Source: a virus
IMG/VR virus record: IMGVR_UViG_3300034110_001068
Location: 7,014 to 71,013 of that record
Length of the DNA stretch: 64,000 nt
Direction: 5' to 3' (one strand)
Below, piece after piece: positions 48,139-57,183 of this stretch (position 1 is the first letter of the stretch; each line of letters begins with the position of its first letter). Below the pieces are notes generated by a model. That model was not told where the DNA came from, searched no databases, and saw nothing but the letters and a program-made list of their open reading frames with translations. A program made the translations under genes and the position numbers.

Positions 48139-48208
48139 AATGGCCCCACTGTGTTTTACAAGTTGTTGAAAGAACCGCCCTGCCAGGCGGTTTTTTTATG
48201 CCTGCGGT

Positions 48209-48631
48209 TCAGGCGACTTTTACCGATGCCTTCAGCTGAGCCAGTGCTTCTTCCGCCTGGCCTATCTCTTTCAAGATCCGGGCACGCTCTACCTGATCGA
48301 CCCGCCCATCAGCCATTGCCGTGTGCGTCTCGACGGTAACCTCAGCGAATTCCAGCGTTGCGCGGCCAAGCGCTTCATGAATTCCCAGCGCAACAGGCTG
48401 GTCCTGCTTCACGATCGAGTACCCGAACTCGCCAGCCAGAGCTGCCAGAGGTCGCATGTCTTGGGTATGTAGAAGCAATGCGTACAGATGCTTCGCGTTA
48501 AACCACGCGCCGTCGTAGTTGGCATTCGCCCGCTGGAGCAGGCTCACCGGCGGCATGTTCATAAGCGTGGCAAGTTCCTTGGTATTGGCTTCATCAACCA
48601 CGTCGTCGCAGGCCTTCAGAAAATCTTGCAT
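48209..48631 (-). CDS. CII-like regulator
   Basis: After cro; MADGRVDQVE motif; SD GAGG. Confidence 0.7.
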   Translation of the reverse strand: MQDFLKACDDVVDEANTKELATLMNMPPVSLLQRANANYDGAWFNAKHLYALLLHTQDMRPLAALAGEFGYSIVKQDQPVALGIHEALGRATLEFAEVTVETHTAMADGRVDQVERARILKEIGQAEEALAQLKASVKVA

Positions 48632-48703
48632 CCGTAAAACCTCAATCTTGTTTATGTGGCTGCATGCCATCAGTCGTTGCAAAATGTTTCTCAGGGCGAT
48701 AGG

Positions 48704-48940
48704 TCAAGCAGCGCCGAGCAAAACCTTGTGGGCCAGCTCGACGAGATCGGGACGAAGTCCGGCGATGGTGATTTCGCCTCCGGAGGCATCCTGCAAGCGC
48801 TCAGCAAGTTCGGCAGAAGCTTTGCGGTGACCACCCGCGAGCTGCCAGAGATGGCCGACGGTGGTTTTAGCGGCAGCGGCAACTGCTTCACGGCGGCTGG
48901 AAGCAGCGTTTGCGAGCCAGTCGCGCAGATGGTCATTCAT
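48704..48940 (-). CDS. Cro/YdaS-like repressor
   Basis: 78 aa HTH ending LRPDL; divergent from cI. Confidence 0.88.
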   Translation of the reverse strand: MNDHLRDWLANAASSRREAVAAAAKTTVGHLWQLAGGHRKASAELAERLQDASGGEITIAGLRPDLVELAHKVLLGAA

Positions 48941-48964
48941 AAGGAATCTCCTGAAACGTAGGAG

Positions 48965-49033
48965 AAATTTAGCTTAGGGCTAACATTGGAGCAAGGAATA
49001 TTTAGCTGTGAGCACATTTAGCATTGAGCTAAA
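48965..49033. promoter_or_regulatory. OR operators and PR promoter
   Basis: TTTAGC-N5-GCTAAA-like 17-mers at 48968, 49001, 49017; minus-strand TTGCTC-17-TAAATT. Confidence 0.75.
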
Positions 49034-49052
49034 CGCTGTCATCCTTGGCCGC

Positions 49053-49904
49053 ATGGATATTTATGCGATTCGCAAACACCAATTGATCACGCTGATTGGC
49101 GACCAAAGAAAAGGCGCCTGCGCAGAGCGCTGGGGGATGGCGCCTGCGCACTTAAGTCAGATCCTGTCGGATAAAACCGCTAAGAACCTTGGGGATGACG
49201 TTGCTCGGCGCATCGAGTCGATCGAGAAACTTCCGCGTGGCTGGTTTGACTCAATACCTAATGATGGTGGCGTGATCGCCAAGGGCACGGAATCCGAAGG
49301 CGAAGCAGCGGAGATGGCTGCGAAGGCAGCTTCCGCCGCGGACCAGGTTAAGCGGATGCTCGCCAAGGTGAAGGGGCTATCGATTGAGGCCAGGGACCGT
49401 ATCGTCGCAGCTGCAGAAGAGCCGGACGATGGACCTGAGCACGTCATTTCGAGCAACCTGTCCCGGCTTCGCCCTACAAGCGAAGAAATTTTGATCCCTC
49501 AATACGATGTCCGTGCTGCTATGGGACATGGTCAGGTTCCCCCGGAATACAACGAGGCCGTTCGCAATCTCGTTGTTAGGGAGGAGATCCTTCGAGAAAA
49601 GGGAGTGACGTATACCGCCGCAAACGCTTTGGCGATGATTACGGGGTGGGGGCAGTCGATGGAAGGAACCATCAACGACAAAGACCTTGTCATCGTCGAT
49701 CGGGGCGTCAACGAGTTTGTTGGTGAGGGCATATATTTGATGACTTGGCACCAAGAGCTCTATATAAAGCGAGTCATGCGGTTAGATGAAGAGCATTACA
49801 GATTGATCTCTGACAATCAGCACTACGAAAACCAGACCGCAAGGATCGACGACGTCAACATTCATGCGAAGGTGCTGTTGATCTGGAACGCGCGAAAAGC
49901 GTGA
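49053..49904 (+). CDS. CI repressor (HTH + S24 peptidase)
   Basis: AAMGHG cleavage region, GQSME and YIKR catalytic motifs. Confidence 0.92.
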   Translation: MDIYAIRKHQLITLIGDQRKGACAERWGMAPAHLSQILSDKTAKNLGDDVARRIESIEKLPRGWFDSIPNDGGVIAKGTESEGEAAEMAAKAASAADQVKRMLAKVKGLSIEARDRIVAAAEEPDDGPEHVISSNLSRLRPTSEEILIPQYDVRAAMGHGQVPPEYNEAVRNLVVREEILREKGVTYTAANALAMITGWGQSMEGTINDKDLVIVDRGVNEFVGEGIYLMTWHQELYIKRVMRLDEEHYRLISDNQHYENQTARIDDVNIHAKVLLIWNARKA

Positions 49905-49915
49905 ACCAGCACAAG

Positions 49916-49942
49916 AAGCCCGCTACCCAGCGGGCTTTTTTT
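49916..49942 (+). terminator. terminator after cI
   Basis: AGCCCGCT/AGCGGGCT + T-run. Confidence 0.8.
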
Positions 49943-49947
49943 CGCCT

Positions 49948-50265
49948 TTAAAAAGGTGCTATTTCCTCCAATGGCTCGAGCTCGTCATTCATTTCTACCT
50001 GCGCATCGTTATCTGAGGCTGCCTCCCACCGCAACGTGACCGATTCGGGGTCGTCGTTGAAAACGATATCGATGCCGTCGACCTCGGCGAGCACATTCAT
50101 CACCTCATCCCACTCCCTATCCCCGTCCGTGTCCAACCGATGGATAGTCACCGTCCGGTTCAACTGCGCGATCGGGTGATTGATCATGCTCGAGACCCGC
50201 AAATTCAGGCGCTCTATTCCAGACATAGGGGTACGTTCTTGTTTCTGCTTTTGTGGGCGCGCCAT
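49948..50265 (-). CDS. DUF1654-like protein, SOS-regulated
   Basis: ERLNLRVSSMINHPIAQ..W..V; LexA box upstream. Confidence 0.75.
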   Translation of the reverse strand: MARPQKQKQERTPMSGIERLNLRVSSMINHPIAQLNRTVTIHRLDTDGDREWDEVMNVLAEVDGIDIVFNDDPESVTLRWEAASDNDAQVEMNDELEPLEEIAPF

Positions 50266-50282
50266 GTGTCGTTGCTCCTGTG

Positions 50283-50298
50283 CTGTATATTCGTACAG
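50283..50298. promoter_or_regulatory. LexA (SOS) box
   Basis: CTGT-ATATTCGT-ACAG. Confidence 0.8.
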
Positions 50299-50383
50299 TA
50301 TTCGTGTCGCAGCATAGCGACACTTAGCGCGATGCAAAAGCCCCCTCCGTCGAAACGATCCCTTCCAACATGCCCTCGAAGAA

Positions 50384-50447
50384 TTTCACTCGAAGCTAAA
50401 TTATTTAGCTGTGAGCTATTGACGCATCTTTAGCTAGAAGCTAAATT
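50384..50447 (+). promoter_or_regulatory. OL operators and PL promoter
   Basis: 17-mers at 50384, 50404, 50429 (TTTAGCTAGAAGCTAAA); TTGACG(50419-50424)-17-TAAATT(50442-50447). Confidence 0.8.
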
Positions 50448-50480
50448 AATTTCAACGCCGGATAACCACCGGCCTCAGCA

Positions 50481-50628
50481 AGGCAGCGATGAATCGGCCT
50501 AAACGATTCAGAGGGATGGCAACTGTCCCAGGGTGCGCAGCGTAAAGCCCCAAATCAGTTATCCGGCGGACGGTGTCGCGGCCGGAAGAAAAATTTGAAT
50601 GAGCCCGTACCGCGCCAGCAGCGCCGAA
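50481..50628 (+). ncRNA. conserved structured leader RNA, copy 2 (PL leader)
   Basis: Homologous to 7428-7576; begins about 30 nt after predicted PL start. Confidence 0.7.
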
Positions 50629-50701
50629 GGGACACGGAATTTTTCACTGATGCACCTGGTTGGCCGGGTGCATTGGGAAAACAACCGACAGGTGATCGAC
50701 C

Positions 50702-50863
50702 ATGAAGTACGAAGACGCAATCGCGAAGCTCGAGCAGCACGCTCAACAGTGCGAGGACAACGCCGCAATTCAACGGCGTGAGGGCAATTGGAAGGAAGCT
50801 GATTACAACGACGGCGTGGCAGCTGGTTACCGCGTTGCCGTTGCAGTTCTGAAGGCCGAGTGA
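50702..50863 (+). CDS. small hypothetical protein (53 aa), first gene of PL operon
   Basis: MKYEDAIAKLEQHAQQCEDNAAIQRREG..LKAE; SD AGGTGA. Confidence 0.65.
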   Translation: MKYEDAIAKLEQHAQQCEDNAAIQRREGNWKEADYNDGVAAGYRVAVAVLKAE

Positions 50864-51230
50864 TCATCGCTGCTGCACCTTGGCGACAGGGTGCAGCGGG
50901 ATGCGGACGCCAACCCAGCAGACGCTGGACACCTGCAGGCAAAACCAGAGACCGGCGAGCGCCCGCCAAGATGCCAACGGCGCGCATTGGAGGATGACCA
51001 CCATGAAATAGACAAGCGCTTCAACTTGGGTAGCGAAGAAAGCCTGCAGTATTCGCTCGAGACTCCACGAACAGGCAGCGGACATCTGGGCCGTCGGTGT
51101 CACCGCGCACTGGCCGAGCAATCGGTAGGCCACCCCAAGCTCAAGGTCACCGCTGATGATTCAAACCCAGTCTGTCGCCAGTAGCGAGCCTGGGAGGCTG
51201 TCACGTAGGGAGGTCTTCGTGGCACCACCG

Positions 51231-51257
51231 AAAGCCCGGGGCGACTCGGGCTTTTTT
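51231..51257 (+). terminator. tL-like intrinsic terminator
   Basis: AGCCCGGG/CTCGGGCT + T-run. Confidence 0.8.
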
Positions 51258-51361
51258 ACGCCCGCCTTTATGCGTCATCACTCTCCCCCTGCGCCCAACG
51301 GCAACCGGAAGGCGGCACAGAGTGTTGACGAATACACGCAACCCACACCGAGGCATCTGCC

Positions 51362-51634
51362 ATGCATCCATCATTTCAAGAGCGCATCGACGAACTCGGT
51401 GTGCTGCTCCAGAAAACCCACGCCGCGCGACTGGAGTTCTTCAAGCGCGTTGACCAAGTCATGCCACCCAAGAAGGTTCGCTTCCAAGTGTCCGGCGAGA
51501 GCGGCGGTATGTATCGGGTCATCGACCTGAGCAGCGGCAAGACTCGCGCCTTCCGTGAAACCTTCAAGGCGGCGTATGACATCGCAATGCAATTCGAAGA
51601 GAAGGCCAACCGGCCGGCGGGAGGTGTCCAGTGA
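51362..51634 (+). CDS. hypothetical protein
   Basis: SD GAGG, PL operon. Confidence 0.7.
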   Translation: MHPSFQERIDELGVLLQKTHAARLEFFKRVDQVMPPKKVRFQVSGESGGMYRVIDLSSGKTRAFRETFKAAYDIAMQFEEKANRPAGGVQ

Positions 51635-51942
51635 TCGGTGTCCCCCTTCCTGATCCGCGCGACGAGGTCACCGCAAAGATCAGCCGCGCACTCGAAGACT
51701 TCTTCGGCGCCGGCAAACACGTCCAGCACATCCCGTCCGGCGTCAGCGCTGAGGTGCCGATGTTCGGCGCCACCCCGCACAGCAAAAAGCTGCGGGCACT
51801 GCGTGACAAAGACGCGCCGAAGGTGAAAGCCCAGGCCGAAGCCGGCAAGACCGCATCCATGGCCGCCACCGCGCTCGACATGCGCATCAGCCGCGTGAAG
51901 CTGATCGCCCAGGAGAACGGCATTACGTTCGCCGAGAAATGA
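51631..51942 (+). CDS. hypothetical protein
   Basis: GTGA coupling, SD GGAGG. Confidence 0.7.
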   Translation: MIGVPLPDPRDEVTAKISRALEDFFGAGKHVQHIPSGVSAEVPMFGATPHSKKLRALRDKDAPKVKAQAEAGKTASMAATALDMRISRVKLIAQENGITFAEK

Positions 51943-52033
51943 AGCGCATCAGCAAACAGGTGCAGCAGCGCCTTCGACAATCGCAGTTCTACCTTCCCCC
52001 CAGCGGCCTGTTGGCCAACCCGGAGAAAAAACA

Positions 52034-52381
52034 ATGTCCACCCCAACTGATACCGCCGAGTTCCTCGAAGAGCTGAACGGCGGCGCCTTTGCCAGCCAGA
52101 TCGGCCATGCCCTTTCCGAAGTAGCGGCCGGGGTGGTTGACCACGGCAAGGCCGGCAAGCTGGTCATCACCCTGGACTTCAGCCAGATCGGTGAATCCAG
52201 CCAGGTGAAGATCAAGCACAAGCTCGACTACAAGGTTCCGACCAAGCGTGGTACCCGCAGCGAGAACACCAGCCTGGATACGCCGATGCACGTCGGCTCC
52301 GGCGGCAAGATCACTCTGTTCGCTGAAAAGCACGACCAGCTCTTCACCCGTGAAGAAGCCCCCATCAAACCCCGCACCTGA
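52034..52381 (+). CDS. conserved phage protein preceding DUF2303 gene
   Basis: SD GGAG; FLEELNGG..GKLVITL. Confidence 0.75.
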   Translation: MSTPTDTAEFLEELNGGAFASQIGHALSEVAAGVVDHGKAGKLVITLDFSQIGESSQVKIKHKLDYKVPTKRGTRSENTSLDTPMHVGSGGKITLFAEKHDQLFTREEAPIKPRT

Positions 52382-52409
52382 TTCCACCCCACTCACAAGG
52401 AACTGAAGA

Positions 52410-53225
52410 ATGTCCCTGACCAAAGATGCGATCCAGCTCATCACCGATACCGCTCTCGAAGCAAGCGGCAAAAGCCTCGAAACCCTGACCCCCACCGTCG
52501 TTCTTCCAGATGGCTGCCAGATCGTCAGCTTGGAGAAATGGCAGACCGGCCGCAGTCGTTTCCGCGGCATCTACTCCACTCACTCGCTGGCTGACTTCAG
52601 CGCCTACGTCGCCGACCGCGCGATCGCAACCGCCAAAGGCTTCATCGACCAGGACGAAATGACCTGCACGCTGCTGTTCAACCTGGGGACCGATGCGGAG
52701 CCAGGGCACGCAGACGATCGCGCGGTGCTGAAACTCAAGGCATCGGCCGGATACAAAGCTGCTCAGTCAATTGGCGGCCGACCAATGACGCAGAAGGATT
52801 TGAGCGACTGGATCGAGGACTGGCACCAGTACCTGACGCCAGTGGATGACGAAGGTAAAGCGATTCCTGTCGCCCGAGCCATCGCTGCGGTGCGCACCAT
52901 CACCGTGAAAGCGACCAGCGAATCCGAAAACACCGTCGGCGACACCAGCGCCAGCCGTAGCGCTATGGATCAGATCGAAGCCCGCAGTAAAGAAACGCTT
53001 CCCGCTGCGCTGCTATTCAACATTATCCCGTTCGAGGGTCTGACCGAGCAGCAAATAAACCTCCGAATCTCGGTCATCACCAGCGGCGCAGTGCCAGCGC
53101 TGAAGCTGCGCTGGGTCGGTGAAGAGGTGCAGCGGGAAGACATCGCGCAGGAATTCAAGACAGTGCTTCAGGAAAAAATCGGCACCAACGCATCGCTTTG
53201 CCTCGGATCTTTCGATCCAAAGTAA
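52410..53225 (+). CDS. DUF2303/YfdQ-family protein
   Basis: RSRFRG, PGHADD, DWIEDW, PFEGL. Confidence 0.85.
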   Translation: MSLTKDAIQLITDTALEASGKSLETLTPTVVLPDGCQIVSLEKWQTGRSRFRGIYSTHSLADFSAYVADRAIATAKGFIDQDEMTCTLLFNLGTDAEPGHADDRAVLKLKASAGYKAAQSIGGRPMTQKDLSDWIEDWHQYLTPVDDEGKAIPVARAIAAVRTITVKATSESENTVGDTSASRSAMDQIEARSKETLPAALLFNIIPFEGLTEQQINLRISVITSGAVPALKLRWVGEEVQREDIAQEFKTVLQEKIGTNASLCLGSFDPK

Positions 53226-53285
53226 AAGGATAGGCCGGGAAACCGGCCTCACTTATCGCTATGAAGTACATTAAGTTCGCTTTTA

Positions 53286-54371
53286 TCAGAACCTGGCAAT
53301 AGGTCCTGAGCGCCAGTCATGGTCAATCACGTGCCGACCATGAAATACTCCTGTTTTCACCCACCCATTATCTTCTGAGGCAATGAAATCGAGCACGAAG
53401 TGATCCCAAAACTGGGACTCAGTTTTTATTCCTCTAATCATCGCTTCCGCAATCAGTGCAATAACGCGCTTACAGAGAAACTCTGTCAGAGCAACAAACC
53501 AATCCAACTTGTCAGCATCTATCGTCGAAGAACTTAAGTCCGTTCCACCTTCATGGATTATTTCACACCTATAGCTATACATATCTTTGATTGATTGCTT
53601 CCAGAGCGACGCCCAAGGATTGGCGTTCTTACTCATGAACTCGCGTTTTTCCTTATCTTTATATATAAGCCCTGCGTAATATTTTCCGGGCGCTCCGACC
53701 AACATTGAGTATCGCTTCGAAACGCCGGTCCCATTTCTTTCATCACTTGAAAGTAGTGATTCTAATCCGATCCAGTTGAAGGCGAATTTGTGCGCAACAT
53801 GTGGTGAAAACTCGGATTCACGCTGCCAATCCATGCATTTACTTAGTGCAACTCCTAGAGGATCAAGCCTTCCTCGAATGGTTTCTCCGAGGAACCAGTC
53901 CCAAAAATCATAGTCCGGAGGCATGATCAAAAAAGGGCCGAACGATGACGGCTCTTCCTCGATCGGGCTCCAAACCCCACCTTTTAAAATGACTCCTACC
54001 GCACGGCCGGCTTGGCGATTCCAGGAAAGCAAACGAGCTTTGGCAGAAAAGACCTTCCTGTTAAATATCGACAGCGACATGTCAGCCACCATCAGACCTA
54101 TCCGAATCCCATGATCGCTCAAATCTTTCATTGGGATGAATATCAGTTTCGGATCACCCAAAGTTATCTTTTGTGAAAGCTCAATACCAAAAGACGAAAA
54201 TGATTTTACTAGAGCATCATTAAATCCAGCCGACAGACTTGGTTCTAAATCGCTCTGCTTCGCAAGATAAACATCTGGTCCTTGCCCCAGCGGCACGACA
54301 GGGAAAGTTGCTATTCCGGTTACTGCCAAAGCTATCCAGCTGGACTCAGCATCTATAGGAACGGTAGGCAT
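53286..54371 (-). CDS. HEPN-domain protein (ApeA-like), candidate anti-phage moron
   Basis: WIGLESLL helix and YSYRCEIIHEG (Rx4H); AT-rich; opposite to PL operon. Confidence 0.65.
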   Translation of the reverse strand: MPTVPIDAESSWIALAVTGIATFPVVPLGQGPDVYLAKQSDLEPSLSAGFNDALVKSFSSFGIELSQKITLGDPKLIFIPMKDLSDHGIRIGLMVADMSLSIFNRKVFSAKARLLSWNRQAGRAVGVILKGGVWSPIEEEPSSFGPFLIMPPDYDFWDWFLGETIRGRLDPLGVALSKCMDWQRESEFSPHVAHKFAFNWIGLESLLSSDERNGTGVSKRYSMLVGAPGKYYAGLIYKDKEKREFMSKNANPWASLWKQSIKDMYSYRCEIIHEGGTDLSSSTIDADKLDWFVALTEFLCKRVIALIAEAMIRGIKTESQFWDHFVLDFIASEDNGWVKTGVFHGRHVIDHDWRSGPIARF

Positions 54372-54419
54372 AAAATAAAGGCTCCAAAATCACCAAAGCT
54401 ATTAAGACAGGAATTGATC

Positions 54420-54737
54420 ATGCAGTCGAAAATATATTTGTCTGGACCTATGACCGGCCTGCCCGGAGTCAACTTCCCAGCCTTCCACGCCATGACCGGC
54501 CAGCTCCGCGACGCCGGCTACACGGTGACCAACCCTTCCGAGCTCAACCCGGACGGCGGCACCTGGAGTGAATGCATGCGCCGCGACATCAAGGCGCTGA
54601 TGGACTGCGACACGGTGGCCAGGCTTCCCGGCTGGCGCTCTTCAAGCGGTGCCCGCCTCGAAGTGCTGATCGCTGAACGCCTCGGCATGAAGGTTGTGAA
54701 TGCCCATGATCTGGTATCGATGGAGATTGCAGGATGA
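54420..54737 (+). CDS. DUF4406 protein
   Basis: IYLSGPMTG..NP..LPGW..SSGARLE. Confidence 0.85.
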   Translation: MQSKIYLSGPMTGLPGVNFPAFHAMTGQLRDAGYTVTNPSELNPDGGTWSECMRRDIKALMDCDTVARLPGWRSSSGARLEVLIAERLGMKVVNAHDLVSMEIAG

Positions 54738-54973
54738 ACGGCATCCGAATAATGAAAAACGATTTACTGCCGCCGATGACAATGATGGTGAGCCCGGATC
54801 TGTATCAGCAGCTGACGGAAACACCGGAGCAGGCCAAGGCGCGGCGTGAATACACCCTGACCCAGTTGGCAACTTTGACAGCGATGGTGAAAACGGCCGC
54901 CAGCCGTAAGCACAGCGCATGCCAGCAACCACAAGCACATCCAGCTCGGTGCGGATGCGGAGAACTGCCATGA
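54734..54973 (+). CDS. hypothetical protein
   Basis: ATGA-coupled at both ends. Confidence 0.55.
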   Translation: MNGIRIMKNDLLPPMTMMVSPDLYQQLTETPEQAKARREYTLTQLATLTAMVKTAASRKHSACQQPQAHPARCGCGELP

Positions 54974-55365
54974 CTGAGGTCCATCGATACAAAGCCGTGA
55001 CGATGATTTCAGCGGCCGGCGCGACCATTGGATATGACCCGCACGGGCCTGATGTGGTGATGGCCGCGGAGTTCGACCGGGTCACCGCCGAGCGTGACGC
55101 CCTGCAACTGCTGCTGAACGAGCGGGACGAACGACTGCACAGCCTTGAGCAGTCACGCCGTGCTGAATTCGACAATGGACGGGCGGCGGAGCAGCGGAAC
55201 GAAGAGCTGTCAGGGATGCTGCAGCACTTGGTCGATAACCCCTATCGATTCACCGACGCCTACCGCGCTCGCATCGCGGCGGTGCTCAACCCAGAACCAG
55301 AAGTCGATAACCAACGAACCATTGACGCCCTCAAGGAAGCTGGCTTCATCGGGCTGAAAACATGA
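54970..55365 (+). CDS. hypothetical coiled-coil protein
   Basis: MTEVHRY start with SD GGAG. Confidence 0.65.
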   Translation: MTEVHRYKAVTMISAAGATIGYDPHGPDVVMAAEFDRVTAERDALQLLLNERDERLHSLEQSRRAEFDNGRAAEQRNEELSGMLQHLVDNPYRFTDAYRARIAAVLNPEPEVDNQRTIDALKEAGFIGLKT

Positions 55366-55538
55366 GCCCTGAATACGCGCCGCTGGCCGTGATTTGCACA
55401 GGAATCATCAGCGGTTTGGCGGGCTACATGTACGGCTTTTTGCGCGCCCAGTCGAAGTACATCCCTGAAATCGTCGAAGTCAACCATGAAGTTGCCAAGC
55501 TGAAGCTGCTGGCCCGCCTCGACTCCGAACAGAAGTAA
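55362..55538 (+). CDS. small single-TM protein (58 aa)
   Basis: MSPEYAPLAVICTGIISGLAGYMYGFLR..DSEQK, ATGA-coupled; read manually. Confidence 0.55.
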   Translation: MSPEYAPLAVICTGIISGLAGYMYGFLRAQSKYIPEIVEVNHEVAKLKLLARLDSEQK

Positions 55539-55589
55539 CTCCCTCCCCCTTCAAAGTCAGCCGCTATAGCGGCAAGGACGAGCTCGCCC

Positions 55590-55913
55590 ATGGAAACGAT
55601 AAAACTGATTCAGCCGGCGCCGGTTGTGCGCGATGAGAACGGCATGTTCCAGCATCCAGATATGCCCGACTTCGACGAGGGTGACGGCGACAAGTGCAAG
55701 GTTTGGATAGCCGAGCAAGGCCTTCAAGTCGGCATGGTCAGTCTCGAGTTCGCAGAACCCGCAATCGCCGACCGCTACTTCGAATCCCACGACCCGAATT
55801 GCAGCTACTGGGAGCCTGACCGCCCCGATGGCGAAGGCTGGTTCTGCCTGGCGATTCACGACACCGACGATGGCCCTGTCTGCTGGTGGGCACGCCGCGA
55901 GGTGACGCCATGA
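55590..55913 (+). CDS. conserved phage hypothetical protein
   Basis: RDENGMFQHP..WFCLAIHDTDDGP. Confidence 0.75.
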   Translation: METIKLIQPAPVVRDENGMFQHPDMPDFDEGDGDKCKVWIAEQGLQVGMVSLEFAEPAIADRYFESHDPNCSYWEPDRPDGEGWFCLAIHDTDDGPVCWWARREVTP

Positions 55914-56284
55914 GCAAGCGAGCGATTCATCTTTACCCGTGGGACGGCGGCACTGAGGCTGATCAGGATCCGCCAGAGCACGTCTATTGCGGCACCGACG
56001 GCGTCATGACCGACGACCAGCTCACCAATGACTGGCGGTACGTCACCTGCAAGCGCTGCCTCAAGATCCATGAAAAAGAGGTGGCCGCGCGAGCAGCTGA
56101 CGACCGAGACCAGAAGGTCAAACTGTTCGACGAAGCCCAGGCCATCACCATCACCCTGGGTCACCGGAATATCTCAACCGCCATCAAGGCTTTGGTCAGG
56201 GAGCTCGACGAACTCAGGAATGAGCGTGACAACCTGCGCTTAGACCGAGACGGCCTACTCGAAGCAGGAGCGCACCTTCTATGA
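55910..56284 (+). CDS. hypothetical protein (H/C..CxxC plus coiled coil)
   Basis: ATGA-coupled; VTCKRC. Confidence 0.65.
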   Translation: MSKRAIHLYPWDGGTEADQDPPEHVYCGTDGVMTDDQLTNDWRYVTCKRCLKIHEKEVAARAADDRDQKVKLFDEAQAITITLGHRNISTAIKALVRELDELRNERDNLRLDRDGLLEAGAHLL

Positions 56285-56333
56285 TCGCCCTCGCCTGGTT
56301 CGCCTACGTGTACTGCTACAAGGGGCCTCGGTG

Positions 56334-56816
56334 ATGAGTGCAGCAGCGAAAGTTCTCGACCCGTGCAGCGCCAGTCGAATGATGTGGTTCGACAAACAAG
56401 ACCAGCGCGCGCTGTTCGGCGACATCCGTGACGAGCAGCACCTGCTTTGCGATGGCCGAGTATTGAGAGTTGAGCCGGATGTGCTGATGGATTTCCGGAA
56501 ATTGCCCTTCGAGGCCTCAACCTTCCGCCTGGTGGTATTCGATCCGCCGCACCTGACCCGCGCCGGGGTCGACAGCTGGATGCGGGCCAAGTACGGAATG
56601 CTGACCGCCGACTGGCGCGAGGACATTCGACAGGGTTTCGCCGAGTGTTTCCGGGTGCTGGAACCCGAAGGCATTTTGATCTTCAAGTGGAACGAGACCC
56701 AGGTGACGGTCAGTGAGCTGCTTGCGCTTACCGATGAAAAACCGCTGTTTGGCCACAAGTCAGGCAAGCGCGAAAAAACGCACTGGATCACGTTCATGAA
56801 GCGGCCGGCACCATGA
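56334..56816 (+). CDS. SAM-dependent methyltransferase (probable amino-DNA MTase)
   Basis: VLDPC..SRMMWF, FDPPH, FKWNE. Confidence 0.85.
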   Translation: MSAAAKVLDPCSASRMMWFDKQDQRALFGDIRDEQHLLCDGRVLRVEPDVLMDFRKLPFEASTFRLVVFDPPHLTRAGVDSWMRAKYGMLTADWREDIRQGFAECFRVLEPEGILIFKWNETQVTVSELLALTDEKPLFGHKSGKREKTHWITFMKRPAP

Positions 56817-57130
56817 ACCGCATGGTCAGCGTCCGCACCGAGGAACTGACCGGCCCGGCGCTGGACTGGGCAATAAACGCGGTCGAGGGTGATCAGCAGC
56901 CCGCCGCCGGCCAGCTGGATCTCTTCACCCTGCCAGACGCCGAGCAGCTGATGACGAAGTACGGCGTCTGGGTCGACGCTGGCCACCGGCACCCATGGCT
57001 GGCCGACGCGACCAACGATCCGTTCAACCGCCAGCCCGGCGAAACCCGAACCATCGCAGTGTTCCGCGCCGTGGTCTTCGCCAAGCGCGGCGCCGCGGTG
57101 AAAGTCCCCGCCGAACTGATCCAACAATAA
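56813..57130 (+). CDS. NinX/DUF2591-like protein
   Basis: ELTGPALDWA..VKVPAEL. Confidence 0.7.
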   Translation: MNRMVSVRTEELTGPALDWAINAVEGDQQPAAGQLDLFTLPDAEQLMTKYGVWVDAGHRHPWLADATNDPFNRQPGETRTIAVFRAVVFAKRGAAVKVPAELIQQ

Positions 57131-57183
57131 CCCCTCCCCTAACTCAACAGCCTGCCGGTGTACGGCGGGCGAGGTATTCGCGC

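Noticed and set aside
50450-51360. tRNA or CRISPR array in the hairpin-rich PL leader
   Set aside because: No T-loop GTTCGA/cloverleaf and no repeat-spacer periodicity
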